64,000 nt of DNA. Origin: an uncultured Phycisphaerales bacterium. Lineage in GTDB: Bacteria > Planctomycetota > Phycisphaerae > Tepidisphaerales > Tepidisphaeraceae. Position numbers and translations under genes: made by a program. Each line of letters begins with the position of its first letter. Position 1 is the stretch's first letter. The notes under the pieces are model-generated. The model did not search any database and was not told where the DNA came from. It worked only from the letters and a program-made list of their open reading frames with translations. Where the stretch lies: NCBI GenBank assembly GCA_963755915.1, contig CAVWLP010000002.1, positions 256,001 through 320,000 of the forward strand. Direction: 5' to 3'. This document shows, in pieces, positions 39,299 to 49,254 of the stretch.

Positions 39299-40006
39299 AT
39301 GTGGTTCCGCATCCTGATTAATTCTGCGATTGCTCTGGCGTTATTGTCTATCGCCGGCTGCGGGCGGGATTCTTATGATAATTCCGCGCGGCCTGTGGCT
39401 TCGGGGGATGGGGTGATTGAGGGGAAGGTGACGATTTCGGGGTTTGTGCCGGCGATGAAGACGATTCCGGGGTCGCCAATGGCGCCGGATGAGTCGATTG
39501 TTGTGGGGACGGGACAAGGGCTCAAGAATGTGATTGTGTTTTTGAAGGATGCGCCGCGGGCGAATTTTGTTTTGGCGGAGCCGGCGGTGCTGGATCAGAT
39601 CAAGTGCATTTACGTGCCGCACGTGCTGGCGGTGCAGGTGGGGCAGACGCTGCGGATCAAGTCGAGCGATGCGTGCATGCATAACGTGCATTTCAAATCG
39701 GCGGTGAATCCGGATTCGAATTATGGGTTTCCCACCATGGGGCAGAAGGATATTACGCTGGCGTATGCGGAGGCGCCGTTTCCGGTAAGGTGCGATGTGC
39801 ATCCGTGGATGAATGCGTGGGTTGGGGTGTTCGATCATCCGTGGTTTGCGGTTACCGGGGAGGATGGGAGTTTCAGGATTGGGAAGGTGCCGGCGGGGAA
39901 ATATACGCTGGTGGCGTGGCAGGAGACGCTGCCGGAGCAGGAGGAGGAGATTACGGTGACTTCGCCGGGGAGTATTGAAGCGGATTTTACGTTTGAGGCG
40001 CCGTGA
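39299..40006 (+). CDS. Lipoprotein with cupredoxin-like/carboxypeptidase-regulatory domain
   Basis: Lipobox IAGC; DQIKC.YVPHV, HNVH, CDVHPWM. Confidence 0.8.
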   Translation: MWFRILINSAIALALLSIAGCGRDSYDNSARPVASGDGVIEGKVTISGFVPAMKTIPGSPMAPDESIVVGTGQGLKNVIVFLKDAPRANFVLAEPAVLDQIKCIYVPHVLAVQVGQTLRIKSSDACMHNVHFKSAVNPDSNYGFPTMGQKDITLAYAEAPFPVRCDVHPWMNAWVGVFDHPWFAVTGEDGSFRIGKVPAGKYTLVAWQETLPEQEEEITVTSPGSIEADFTFEAP

Positions 40007-40049
40007 TGGAGGCAAGGGGTGATCAAATTCTCGACCGGACTGCGCGGGG

Positions 40050-40089
40050 CTCTCACCCCTGCCCTCTCCCGGAGTACCGGGAGAGGGGG
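40050..40089 (+). repeat. REP-like family A copy
   Basis: CTCTCACCCCTGCCCTCTCCCGGAGTACCGGGAGAGGGG. Confidence 0.85.
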
Positions 40090-40139
40090 AGAAGGGGGAA
40101 AATGCGCGGCAAAAGGAGGCGGTTGTTGAGATTGAGAGG

Positions 40140-41123
40140 TTGAGCCATCGGTATGGGGATCGGGCGGCGCTGAGCGATCTTTCGCTTCAGGTGTTTCGGG
40201 GGGAGATATTTGGATTTTTGGGGCCGAATGGGAGCGGGAAGACGACGCTGTTTCGGATTCTCTCTACGCTGATTCCGGCGGAGCCGGGGAAGGTGAAGAT
40301 TCTGGGGTATGGGTTGCCGGGGGAGCGCGATTCGGTGCGACGGCATATCGGGGTGGTGTTTCAGTCGCCTAGTCTCGATAAGCAGTTGTCGGCGGAAGAG
40401 AATCTTCGGCAGCAGGGGAGGCTTTATGGGTTGTATGGGAAGGAATTGACGGGGCGAATCGATCGGCTGCTGGAGCGGGTGAATCTGCTGGATCGAAAGA
40501 GGGAACGCGTGGATGGGTTTTCGGGGGGGATGCGGAGGCGGGTGGAGATCGCCAAGGGGCTGTTGCATGGGCCGAAGATTTTGCTGCTGGATGAGCCGAG
40601 TACCGGGCTGGATCCGGCGGCGCGGATCGACCTTTGGCGATTGCTTACCGAGATTCAGCGGAATGAGGGGGTGACGGTTTTGCTGACGACGCATTTGATG
40701 GATGAGGGGGACCGGTGCTCGCGGCTGGCGATCCTGGACCGGGGGAAGCTGGCGGCGTGCGATACGCCAATGGCGATGAAGGAGAAGATCGGGGGGGATG
40801 TGATCAGTCTGTCTACGCGGGAACCAGCGAGCGTGGCGAGGACGATTCGGGAGCGGTTTGGGTTGGAGACGGAGCCGGTGGAGAATGTGGTGAGGCTGGA
40901 GCGGCCGCGCGGGCATGAGTTTGTGCCGCAGCTCATCGAGGCGATGCCGGGGCTGATCGATTCGGTGTCGGTGGGGAAGCCGACGCTGGAGGATGTGTTT
41001 ATCCGGGTGACGGGGCGGTTTTTTCGGGATGATGAGCCTCAAGGCCGGGAGGGTGGGTCACGGGGGAGTGGCTCGCCGCGGGGTGGGTCAGGGGGGAATG
41101 GGTCATCGGAGAATGGGCGGTGA
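40140..41123 (+). CDS. ABC-2 type transporter ATP-binding protein (start uncertain)
   Basis: GPNGSGKTT, FSGGMRRR, LLDEP, TTH, PTLEDVF. Confidence 0.9.
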   Translation: MSHRYGDRAALSDLSLQVFRGEIFGFLGPNGSGKTTLFRILSTLIPAEPGKVKILGYGLPGERDSVRRHIGVVFQSPSLDKQLSAEENLRQQGRLYGLYGKELTGRIDRLLERVNLLDRKRERVDGFSGGMRRRVEIAKGLLHGPKILLLDEPSTGLDPAARIDLWRLLTEIQRNEGVTVLLTTHLMDEGDRCSRLAILDRGKLAACDTPMAMKEKIGGDVISLSTREPASVARTIRERFGLETEPVENVVRLERPRGHEFVPQLIEAMPGLIDSVSVGKPTLEDVFIRVTGRFFRDDEPQGREGGSRGSGSPRGGSGGNGSSENGR

Positions 41124-41451
41124 GGGCGCGGCGGGCGATTTTGACGCTGAGGTTTTGGCCGCCGATCTCCAGCATGCCGTCTTCGCTGAGGGTGACGGCG
41201 CCGTGGAGGGAGTAGAAGACTTGCTTTCCCTTCCGGCGATTGGCGATCATGTTGTTGATTCGAAGCAGCCCCAGATGATGGCTTACCGTCGGTTGAGGGA
41301 GCTTCAATTCATCGCAAATGGATGTTACGTTTCGCTCCCCCTTGGCGAGGGAGAGAAGGATGTTTACGCGTGTTTTGTCGGAGAGGAGGCGGAAGAGGAA
41401 GACGAGACGATCGAGATCCTGGTCCAACGCCGAGACGTCCAGCAAAGACAT
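40999..41451 (-). CDS. ArsR/SmtB regulator with His-repeat tail
   Basis: FRLLSDKTR..IL, QPTVSHHLGLLR, RRKGKQVFYSL. Confidence 0.88.
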   Translation of the reverse strand: MSLLDVSALDQDLDRLVFLFRLLSDKTRVNILLSLAKGERNVTSICDELKLPQPTVSHHLGLLRINNMIANRRKGKQVFYSLHGAVTLSEDGMLEIGGQNLSVKIARRALTAHSPMTHSPLTHPAASHSPVTHPPGLEAHHPEKTAPSPG

Positions 41452-41588
41452 ACAGACTCCTGCATTCGTTCTTGGGCATTCATGGAGGAGCTCGTGGTGA
41501 AGCTCATGGCGGTTGGAGAGATTATATTAACCTAAATTTGTCCTGAGGGAAGAGCAGCATATTTTGTTTCGACAAGGCGAGAGAACCA

Positions 41589-43178
41589 ATGCATTTTCAA
41601 TACTTAGGGCGGATTATTTGCGGGATGTTAATCATGGTGTTTGCAGCAGGGACAGTCGGGGCGGCGACGGGCGGGGCGGCGGGGGTGCCGCAGTGGGGGA
41701 TATTCGAATTGGCGCTGAAGGGTCCGGCGGAGGGGAATCCATTTGTTGATGTGAAGCTGGCCGGGAAGTTTAGCAGCGGGGGGCAAAGCCTGACCGTGGA
41801 CGGGTTTTATGATGGGGATGGTATCTACCGGATTCGATTTATGCCGACGGTGCAGGGGCATTGGGAATATGTCACCAGCAGCAATGGCAAGGGGCTGGAT
41901 GGGGTGAGCGGGTCGTTTGATTGTTCGGCGCCGGAGGCGGGGAACCATGGGCCGGTGCGGGTGGCGTATACGTATCACTTTGCCTATGCGGATGGGATGC
42001 CGTTCGTGCAGATCGGAACGACGGCTTATGGGTGGGCAAATGAGCCGGAGGATGTGGAGGAGCGAACGCTCCAGTCATTGCGGGCTTCGCCGTTTAACAA
42101 GGTGAGGATGATGCTTTTGCCGTCGAAGAATTCGCCGGTGGGGTATCCGTATAAGCGGGATTCATCCGGGAAGTGGGATCAGGATCGGTTCAACCCAGAG
42201 TTTTTTCAACATTTTGAGAAACGGATCGGGGAGCTTGGAGACCAGGGCGTTGAGGCGGATGTGATCCTTTTTAATCCGTACAAGAAGGGGGAGATGCAGT
42301 GGTTTGATGAGCTCGATGATGCGGCGGATGAACGGTATATCCGGTACGCGGTCGCGCGGCTGGGGGCGTATCACAATGTCTGGTGGTCGCTGGCAAATGA
42401 GTATGGGCAGGTGAAAAACAAAACCGATGCGGATTGGGATCAATTCTTTCAGTTGGTGCAGGCGTGCGATCCGTATGGGCATATGAGGTCGATTCACAAC
42501 GCGGCCAGGTTTTACGACGCGAATAAGCCGTGGGTGACGCACGCTTCGGTTCAGAATGGGTCGGCGGTGGCGGATTTTGGGAGGGCGGTGCTTTATCGGG
42601 AGCTGGTGCGCAAGCCGATCGTTTATGATGAGGTTTGTTATGAGGGGAATATCGATCGGCGCTGGGGGAGGCTTACGGGACAGGAGATGGTGAAGCGGTT
42701 TTGGCTGGGGACGATTGCGGGGACGTATGTGGGACATGGGGAAACTTTGTCGGCGCCGGAGGGGACTTCCTGGACGGGGAGCGGGGGAAGGTTGATGGGG
42801 CAGAGCCCGGCGCGGTTGGCGTTTTTGCGGAAGGTGCTGGAGGCGGGTCCGAAGGAGGGGATTGAGCCGATGGATGAGTATTTCGAAACGCACATTGGGG
42901 GGAAGGCGGGGGAATATTATCTGGTTTATTTCGGGGAGGAGTCGCCGGCGGCGTGGAAGTTTGCGCTGCCGCGCGATCCGCCGGAGAAGAATGCGCTGGA
43001 GGAGGGGATGAAATTTCGCATCGACGTTTTGGACACCTGGAACATGACGGTGACGCCGGTGGAGGGAACATTTACGACCGGGAAGCTGGATGTGGCGACT
43101 TTTCGGGATGTGAATGGGGGAAGCGTTGCGCTGCCGGGAAAGCCGTATATCGCGCTGCGGATTGAGCGGGTGAAGTGA
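41589..43178 (+). CDS. Secreted DUF5060/DUF4038(apiosidase-like)/DUF5605 glycoside hydrolase
   Basis: Signal peptide; GFYDGDG.YRIRFMP, GTTAY, WWSLANEY, DEVCYEG, GHGET. Confidence 0.8.
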   Translation: MHFQYLGRIICGMLIMVFAAGTVGAATGGAAGVPQWGIFELALKGPAEGNPFVDVKLAGKFSSGGQSLTVDGFYDGDGIYRIRFMPTVQGHWEYVTSSNGKGLDGVSGSFDCSAPEAGNHGPVRVAYTYHFAYADGMPFVQIGTTAYGWANEPEDVEERTLQSLRASPFNKVRMMLLPSKNSPVGYPYKRDSSGKWDQDRFNPEFFQHFEKRIGELGDQGVEADVILFNPYKKGEMQWFDELDDAADERYIRYAVARLGAYHNVWWSLANEYGQVKNKTDADWDQFFQLVQACDPYGHMRSIHNAARFYDANKPWVTHASVQNGSAVADFGRAVLYRELVRKPIVYDEVCYEGNIDRRWGRLTGQEMVKRFWLGTIAGTYVGHGETLSAPEGTSWTGSGGRLMGQSPARLAFLRKVLEAGPKEGIEPMDEYFETHIGGKAGEYYLVYFGEESPAAWKFALPRDPPEKNALEEGMKFRIDVLDTWNMTVTPVEGTFTTGKLDVATFRDVNGGSVALPGKPYIALRIERVK

Positions 43179-44935
43179 TGGGAAGATTGCTCATCCTGTT
43201 GGTGGCGATGGTGGTTGCGGTGCCGGCGTTGGCGGAGGATCCGATCCGGATCGAGGGGTCGGAGCAGCAGAAGCTTACGGGTAAATTTCCGGACGGAGGA
43301 TTGCCGCCGGTGGTGGGGGTGGAGAATTTTGAGGTGTTCCGGGCCTGCCGCGATTTGGCTTATGCGACGGATGGGAAGGGGTGGACGTATAACCATCACG
43401 TCGACTTGGCGTGCTGGAAGGGGCGGCTTTACGTGGCCTGGGAGAACGGGCAGAAGGATGAGGATACGTATCCGGCGCATGAGGTGATTTCGTCTTCGGG
43501 GGATGGGGTTTCGTGGTCGGTGCCGCGGGAGATTTTTCCGGTGGGATTGTCGAACACGCTACGGATGGATTTTTACCTGGCGAAGAATGGAAGGATGCTG
43601 CTGATCGCGGCGCGGCGGGTGGTGTTTGAGAGGATCACGGATGTGACGGAAGGGGGCGTGGTGGTGAGGGAAATGCTGGGGGATGGATCGATGGGGCCGA
43701 TTTCCACGCTGATCAAATCGCCGGAGGCTTCCAAGGGGCCGGCTTACTTTGGGGAATCGACGGATGCGGGGTTTCGCAAGGCGTGCGAGCAGTTGCTGGC
43801 GGACCATACGTTTCTTGAAGAGCAGGATGGAGGAGCGCTGCTGGGGGATGGGCGGATGAAGCCGTACGAAGATGCGGCATCGGATTTCGGGAAGGCGTTT
43901 TGTTTTTTTCATCGGCCGGATGGGACGCTGGTGGGGATCTGCAAGAAGGGGTACGTGGTGACTTCCAAAGATGAGGGGATCACCTGGGACGGGCCGACGC
44001 AGCTTCAGGATTTTCAAGCGGGGACGGCGAAGGAATGGATCCAGCAGATTCCCGGCGGGAAATATACCAGAGGAGAATATATTTGGGCGCACGATCCGTT
44101 TCCGGCCGAGCGATTTCCTCTGGTGATGATGACCGGAACGGACGGCGTGGTTTTTCGAAACATGCGCGTCGTCCACGGCGAGGTTCCGCGGCAGCGATAT
44201 GAGGGGCTGAACAAGAATATCGGGCCGCAATACGTGCGCGGGCTTTCGGTGTGGAACGATGATGGCTCGCGAAGTGATAACGCGATCTGGCTTGGGTATA
44301 GCGTGAACAAGGAGGACATCTGGGTGAGCCGGATTCCGCTGCCGGTGCGGGCGGATGGGGCGGGGGCGGTGGATGATGAGTTTGGAAAATTCTCTGCCGG
44401 GCGGGTTGTTCCGGGATGGAATACCTATTGCCCGAAATGGGGGGATGTTTCGGTTCAGCAGGGCAGTTTGTCGCTGGAGGATCATGAGCCGTATGACTAC
44501 GCGCGGGCGGATCGGGTTTTTGCGGATAGTCCGGCGGTAAATGTGGAATTTGAGGTTAGCGCGGCACGCGTGGGGGATGGCGATTTGGAAATTGAGTTGT
44601 GGAATCGGTTTGGGGATGTGCGGCCGGTGCGCGTGGTGCTGAATCCCGATGGGAACATTTCGGCGGCGGGTAGAAATGTTGGCCGCTACTCGGTGGGCAA
44701 AGGGGTGAAATTCAAGATTGAGGCGAACGGGCCGGGTGGGGTGTTTTCGGTTTCGATCGAAGGGGGAGCGGCGATTTCGTTGAATGCGGAGGGGAAGACG
44801 GATTCGTTTGATCGGATCGTGTTTCGCACGGGTGGGTATCGGTTGCTGCCGGTGCGGGGGGATGAGGTTCCAGGGGGGACGGACAAGCCGGTGGAAACTT
44901 CGGCGTATCTGATTGGATATCTGCGATTGAAATAA
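43178..44935 (+). CDS. Secreted BNR/sialidase-like glycosidase
   Basis: Signal peptide; Asp-box-like SGDGVSWS and SKDEGITW; WTYNHH, YSVNKEDIW. Confidence 0.65.
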   Translation: MGRLLILLVAMVVAVPALAEDPIRIEGSEQQKLTGKFPDGGLPPVVGVENFEVFRACRDLAYATDGKGWTYNHHVDLACWKGRLYVAWENGQKDEDTYPAHEVISSSGDGVSWSVPREIFPVGLSNTLRMDFYLAKNGRMLLIAARRVVFERITDVTEGGVVVREMLGDGSMGPISTLIKSPEASKGPAYFGESTDAGFRKACEQLLADHTFLEEQDGGALLGDGRMKPYEDAASDFGKAFCFFHRPDGTLVGICKKGYVVTSKDEGITWDGPTQLQDFQAGTAKEWIQQIPGGKYTRGEYIWAHDPFPAERFPLVMMTGTDGVVFRNMRVVHGEVPRQRYEGLNKNIGPQYVRGLSVWNDDGSRSDNAIWLGYSVNKEDIWVSRIPLPVRADGAGAVDDEFGKFSAGRVVPGWNTYCPKWGDVSVQQGSLSLEDHEPYDYARADRVFADSPAVNVEFEVSAARVGDGDLEIELWNRFGDVRPVRVVLNPDGNISAAGRNVGRYSVGKGVKFKIEANGPGGVFSVSIEGGAAISLNAEGKTDSFDRIVFRTGGYRLLPVRGDEVPGGTDKPVETSAYLIGYLRLK

Positions 44936-44947
44936 GCCGATTGACAA

Positions 44948-45151
44948 TCAGTCGCGAAACGCTGCCCTCAAAAAGAGCAACCCGAATACCACCGCGAGAA
45001 CAATCCAAAACGCATCATAGGCCAGATTCGCGGGGTCGTATTTGTGGGAGGGAATCACGGCGAAATCCCCGGCCCATAAAAAGAAGAGGCAAATCCAGAA
45101 CAGAAGTGCCCAGAAAAGACGCCTGACGATTGGACTTCTGCTCATGCGCAT
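44948..45151 (-). CDS. Small two-TM membrane protein
   Basis: Two hydrophobic helices in 67 aa. Confidence 0.5.
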   Translation of the reverse strand: MRMSRSPIVRRLFWALLFWICLFFLWAGDFAVIPSHKYDPANLAYDAFWIVLAVVFGLLFLRAAFRD

Positions 45152-45229
45152 GGGTGCGTCTTATTCTACGCAAAATTTGACCGCAGAGATTACCGGGGCA
45201 ATCGCGTGCAGTCCGAAAAAATGCCGAAG

Positions 45230-45306
45230 ACCCCCTCCCCTACTCCCGACAAGTCGGGACTTCGCTTCGCTCAGCCTCCAATCCCCTGGAGTACCGGGGG
45301 CGGGGG
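45230..45306 (+). repeat. REP-like family A copy with an internal insertion
   Basis: CCCCCTCCCCTACT...CCCCTGGAGTACCGGGGGCGGGGG split by a CCCGACAAGTCGGG hairpin. Confidence 0.65.
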
Positions 45307-45312
45307 TAACTT

Positions 45313-46050
45313 CTAGAGATTGCGCTGGCCGAGGAAATGGTTGGCGAGAGAGGCGAGACCGGTGACGAGGTGGGCATGTTCATCGGCACTGAAGTTGTCG
45401 ATGGAGGCCATGCCGTAGCCTTCGATTTCGGGCTGGATCGACGACACTGCATCGGCTTCTCGCCGGGCGTCCTGGAGTTCCTGCAATTCGATATTGCGGG
45501 CTTTGTCGAGGCCTCCGCCGCGGATGAATTCGATGATCTGGCGGATTTCCTCGCGGTCGAGCCATATACCGTGGCGGCCGCAGACGTTGATGATGATGCC
45601 GGAGCGGCCGGCGTAGTTCATGCGGTTCATGATGTTGCCGCATTGCGGGCATTTGAGATAGCGGACGCTGGGATCGAAGGCAACGGGCGGCGGGACGCGT
45701 AAACCGGTCGCGGCCTGCTGGGCCTCGGCTGTGGAACAAATGTGCTCGAAGTTAGAGACGTCGATCCACAGGCCGCCGCAGCGCATGCACTCTTCCAGCG
45801 GCGTGGTCGCGACCTCGACGGCGGTGAGCTTTTCATTGCAGCGCGGGCAGGAGTGAGTGGTTGCCTGGCCTTGGGCGATGTTCTGAGCGACGGCGCCGCA
45901 GTGGGGGCAGAATTTTGAGCCGGCGAACATCATGCCCAGGCATTTCGGGCAGGCGACGGTTTGGAGCAGGGCGTGGCAGTATTGGCACTGAGTGGAATCG
46001 GAGGAGACGGCGGAGCCGCAGTTGGGGCAGTTGAGGGTGCCGGCTTGCAT
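45313..46050 (-). CDS. Multi zinc-ribbon protein (double zinc ribbon plus zf-TFIIB-like domains)
   Basis: Repeated CxxC pairs; CGGLWID, HGIWLDREE. Confidence 0.85.
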   Translation of the reverse strand: MQAGTLNCPNCGSAVSSDSTQCQYCHALLQTVACPKCLGMMFAGSKFCPHCGAVAQNIAQGQATTHSCPRCNEKLTAVEVATTPLEECMRCGGLWIDVSNFEHICSTAEAQQAATGLRVPPPVAFDPSVRYLKCPQCGNIMNRMNYAGRSGIIINVCGRHGIWLDREEIRQIIEFIRGGGLDKARNIELQELQDARREADAVSSIQPEIEGYGMASIDNFSADEHAHLVTGLASLANHFLGQRNL

Positions 46051-46105
46051 GGGTGCGAGTATAACCGCGGAGGTGGGTTCTTTAAATTTCTCTTGTCTTT
46101 GTCTT

Positions 46106-46154
46106 TCTTGGCGCTCTTGGCGTCTTGGCGGTTACAGGATTTTTAACCGCCAAG
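46106..46154. repeat. Left part of the CTTGGCG-heptamer hairpin repeat interrupted by IS110 element 2
   Basis: TCTTGGCGCTCTTGGCGTCTTGGCGGTTA..TAACCGCCAAG, completed by ACGCCAAGAGCCAAGA at 47640-47655. Confidence 0.85.
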
Positions 46155-46266
46155 AAACTATGAAGCCGAGCCTTTCTCGGGACGTGAACGGGGTCAAAAT
46201 GCCCCAAGTATGAACGAGCGTACCGCGTAGGTCGCTCAAACGTCTTTTTTGAGAAAGGACTCGGCA

Positions 46267-47310
46267 ATGCGAATTCTCGCTTTGGACCTGGGAAAGAACA
46301 AGAGCGTTTTTGTGGATTATGTCACCGGCGGTGGAGAAAGAACGTTCGGCAAGATCGGCACCAATGCCCACGAGGTGCAAAAACTACTCGAGCGGGTGCG
46401 TCCGGATCGACTGGTCATCGAGGCCGGTCCGGCGGCAGGATGGGTTTGTGATCTGGCGGAGCGGAACAATGTTCCCGTCCAGGTGGCCAATGGCAACGAT
46501 GAACGCTGGCGCTGGAAGACGGTGAAGGAGAAGAGTGATCGTAAAGACGCGCTGAAGATGGCGGCGATGTCGGAGATGGATTCGCTGCCGACGGTGCACG
46601 TGCCCAAGGCATCGGTTCGGCAGTGGCGTTCATTGATTGAATACAGACACGGCCTGGTGGATCGCCGCACGGCGCTCAAGAACTCGATCCGATCAATCTA
46701 CGAGCGGCAGGGTTTGTATTTGCCCTCGGCGACCAAGGCGTGGACGAAAGCGCGACTGGAGGAAATGAGGAAGGAAGCAGCGGCCGCATCGGCGGAAGAT
46801 CTGTGGCTGTTTCAGATCGGTTGTGAGGTGGCGCAACTGGAGCACCTGGAGAAGCAGATCGAAACTGTCGAAAGCAAGCTTCAGGAGTTGGGCCAGGCCA
46901 ACAAAGCGGTGAAACGATTGCAGGAGGTGCCCGGCGTTGGTCCGCGGCTGAGCGAGGCGGTGGCGGTGATCATTGATGATCCCAGGCGATTCAAGAATGC
47001 ACGTCAGGTGGGATGTTACGTGGGTCTGACGCCGCGGCGCTGGCAGAGCGGCGACAGCGATCGCCAGGGGCGGATCAGCAAGGCAGGCAACGCGCTGCTG
47101 CGGGAGTTGCTGGTGGAGGTGGCGTGGCTGGGGGTTCATCGCAATACGTGGATGAAGGACGTGTACGAGAGGGTTCTACGTGACAGCGAGAAGCGCAAGA
47201 AGATCGCGATTGTTGCGGTAGCCAGGAGATTACTGGTGAAGCTGTGGGCGATGCTGCGGGACGGAACCCGATGGAGAGAACCCCAGCGATCGCTGACGGC
47301 GGCCACTTGA
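46267..47310 (+). CDS. IS110 DEDD recombinase/transposase
   Basis: ALDLGK, VIEAG, KSDRKDA, VPGVGP, YVGLTPRRWQSG, ISKAGN, AVARRL. Confidence 0.96.
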   Translation: MRILALDLGKNKSVFVDYVTGGGERTFGKIGTNAHEVQKLLERVRPDRLVIEAGPAAGWVCDLAERNNVPVQVANGNDERWRWKTVKEKSDRKDALKMAAMSEMDSLPTVHVPKASVRQWRSLIEYRHGLVDRRTALKNSIRSIYERQGLYLPSATKAWTKARLEEMRKEAAAASAEDLWLFQIGCEVAQLEHLEKQIETVESKLQELGQANKAVKRLQEVPGVGPRLSEAVAVIIDDPRRFKNARQVGCYVGLTPRRWQSGDSDRQGRISKAGNALLRELLVEVAWLGVHRNTWMKDVYERVLRDSEKRKKIAIVAVARRLLVKLWAMLRDGTRWREPQRSLTAAT

Positions 47311-47620
47311 AAATCGAAAAGGCGATGACTGTCCCGACAAGTCGGTACAGGCGATGGAGTATCTCCCCTCCGGAAGACACCGTGTCAGAAAGCCGTTGTC
47401 TTCTGTGCAGGGGATTGAGTAGAGTTGAAGTGAAGTGGAATTGACGCGTTCGTGCAGGTTGAATGAGCAAGGCCAGACCCCGGTTGGCGTCTTAAGCTTC
47501 AAAGCTTGCCGCTAAGAATAGGGCTGGCCATTTGTACAGTTGAATAGGCCCGCCGCCAGGCGAGAGCACTGAATAGAAGGCTCACCCAATCGACCGCATG
47601 AGCGATCAACGCCCCTTGAC
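47311..47620 (+). ncRNA. Predicted bridge/seek RNA of IS110 element 2 (boundaries approximate)
   Basis: Target loop 47471-47529 with guides TTGGCGTCTT and CCGCTAAGA; donor-like ATAGAAG at 47573-47579. Confidence 0.72.
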
Positions 47621-47682
47621 AAGGCTCGGCTCATAGAAGACGCCAAGAGCCAAGAAAATGCAGGAGGGTGAGATTTAACGCG

Positions 47683-49165
47683 CTAGCGTAATCCAAGTTC
47701 GTCGAGCGCGGCGCCTGCGCCGGAGAGATGGTCTGGATTCATTTCGGAATAGTTGCGGCAGAGGACTACGCCGTCGGCGCCGCCTTTGAAGGCGGCGATG
47801 GTGGCGGCTTTTACGCCTTCGGCGGTGGACTTGCTCGCGCCGGGGGGGACGGGGACGTCGATGTCGATTCCCGGCCAGACGGAGACACCCCGGCTCTTCA
47901 CGTCGTCCACCGCCCTGGCGGTTTCGCGCTGGACGTAATCGGGAGAGAGGCCGGTGGCCATGACCTTGTCGAAAGGGGCCTCGTTGTAATCGAGGAAGCG
48001 ATAGAGCGCGCCCAGCGCTTCGGGCTTGGAAAAATCTCCCAGGATATTTTGGGTGGCGCTTTCGGTGAAGCTGTGAATCCGCTCGCCGGCGGCGTTGTTG
48101 TAGAGGACGGGTTTAATAAAATCGGAGAATTCGGCGATCCGCGTATAATCCATCTCGGCGCGATGCAGGGGGCTGAAGGAGACGTTGTGCCAGATGTGCC
48201 AGCCGATGGGGATTTGGGGCTTGATCGACTTGACCAGCTTGTAGATCTGCTTCTGCAAGTCTTCGCGGCTGGTGATCCAGAGGTTTTCCCAGGCGAGGAG
48301 CTCGGGGTAGTTGAGGAGAAGGCGGAAGAACTGGACGAAATAGCCGTCGCGGGGGCGGGTGTTGGCGCGGCCCTGGCGGACGAATTTTTCGAGCTCGGCA
48401 AAGCCGCGGCGGGCGCGGTCGGGGTCGATGCCGGTGTCCTTGGCGCGCTTTACGCAGAATTCGCAGAAGCAGGTGGCTTTGCCGGGGTCGGCGGACTGGC
48501 CGTGGGCGTAGGCGCCGAGAGCGTTGAAGAAACCGCCCTGGCGTTCGGAGGACCACATGACGCCGTCGATGTCGTAGGAGCGAGTAAGGTCTTCGATGAG
48601 GCCTAGCACGAAGCCGAGATAGAGGGGGTTGTTGTAGCACGGGCCGGCGGGGTGGGAGAGGGCGCGGCGGCCGTGGAAGTCGATCTCGTAGAGTTTTTCC
48701 CAGGCGGCGGAGGGGGCGTGGTCGTGATCTTCGAGGACCCAGGCGAAGGTTTTCATGCCGTGCTTTTTGGCGACGGGGATGATGCGGGCCATCACGTCGG
48801 TCTCGCCGAAATCGGGGGCACGCATGTCGGCATAGGTGAGGGAGGTCTGCTGGTAATATTGCATGTGGGGGATGGCGAAGTTTCCGCCGTGGAATCCGGC
48901 GGCGGGCATGCCGGCAGTGATGTGGGCGTAGGTGTAAATGAAGGGGAAGAGGGTGTTGACGCCGCCGCGATGATTCAAGTCGTCGAAGAGGTGGTCGAGG
49001 TTGCCTGTGGCGAGGGGTGGGAGTCCCATTTGGATTCCGATGGTCGGGGGCTTGCGCGGGCGGGGTTGATTGGGCGTTGGTTTCTACGCCCGAGACCGCG
49101 GCGACGCCGATCGCGGCGGCGGCTTTCAATACATCGCGGCGCGTCCAGGGGGTAATAGGCGCCAT
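47683..49165 (-). CDS. Tat-exported TIM-barrel glycoside hydrolase-like protein (apparent frameshift near 49050)
   Basis: TRRDVLK Tat motif; PCYNNP, YDIDGVMW, CFCEFC, WPGIDID. Confidence 0.7.
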
Positions 49166-49254
49166 GGTTTTCTCCTAATTCCCCACGGCGGCGCGGCTCG
49201 ACTGAGCTCGCCGAAGTCCGTGGGGGTTCCGGGATGAGAGTGACTGAGCGCCGT

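Larger units (their letters stand above)
46153..47639 (+). mobile_element. IS110-family (IS1111-type) element 2
   Basis: Sub-terminal IR CTATG(A)AGCCGAGCCTT at 46158-46174 and 47621-47636; AG core; TTGACA at 47616; long 3' non-coding end. Confidence 0.9.

Noticed and set aside
45245-45258. 14-bp TCCCGACAAGTCGG shared with the IS110 element 2 end (about 47332)
   Set aside because: A short self-complementary match outside the guide positions; chance cannot be excluded.
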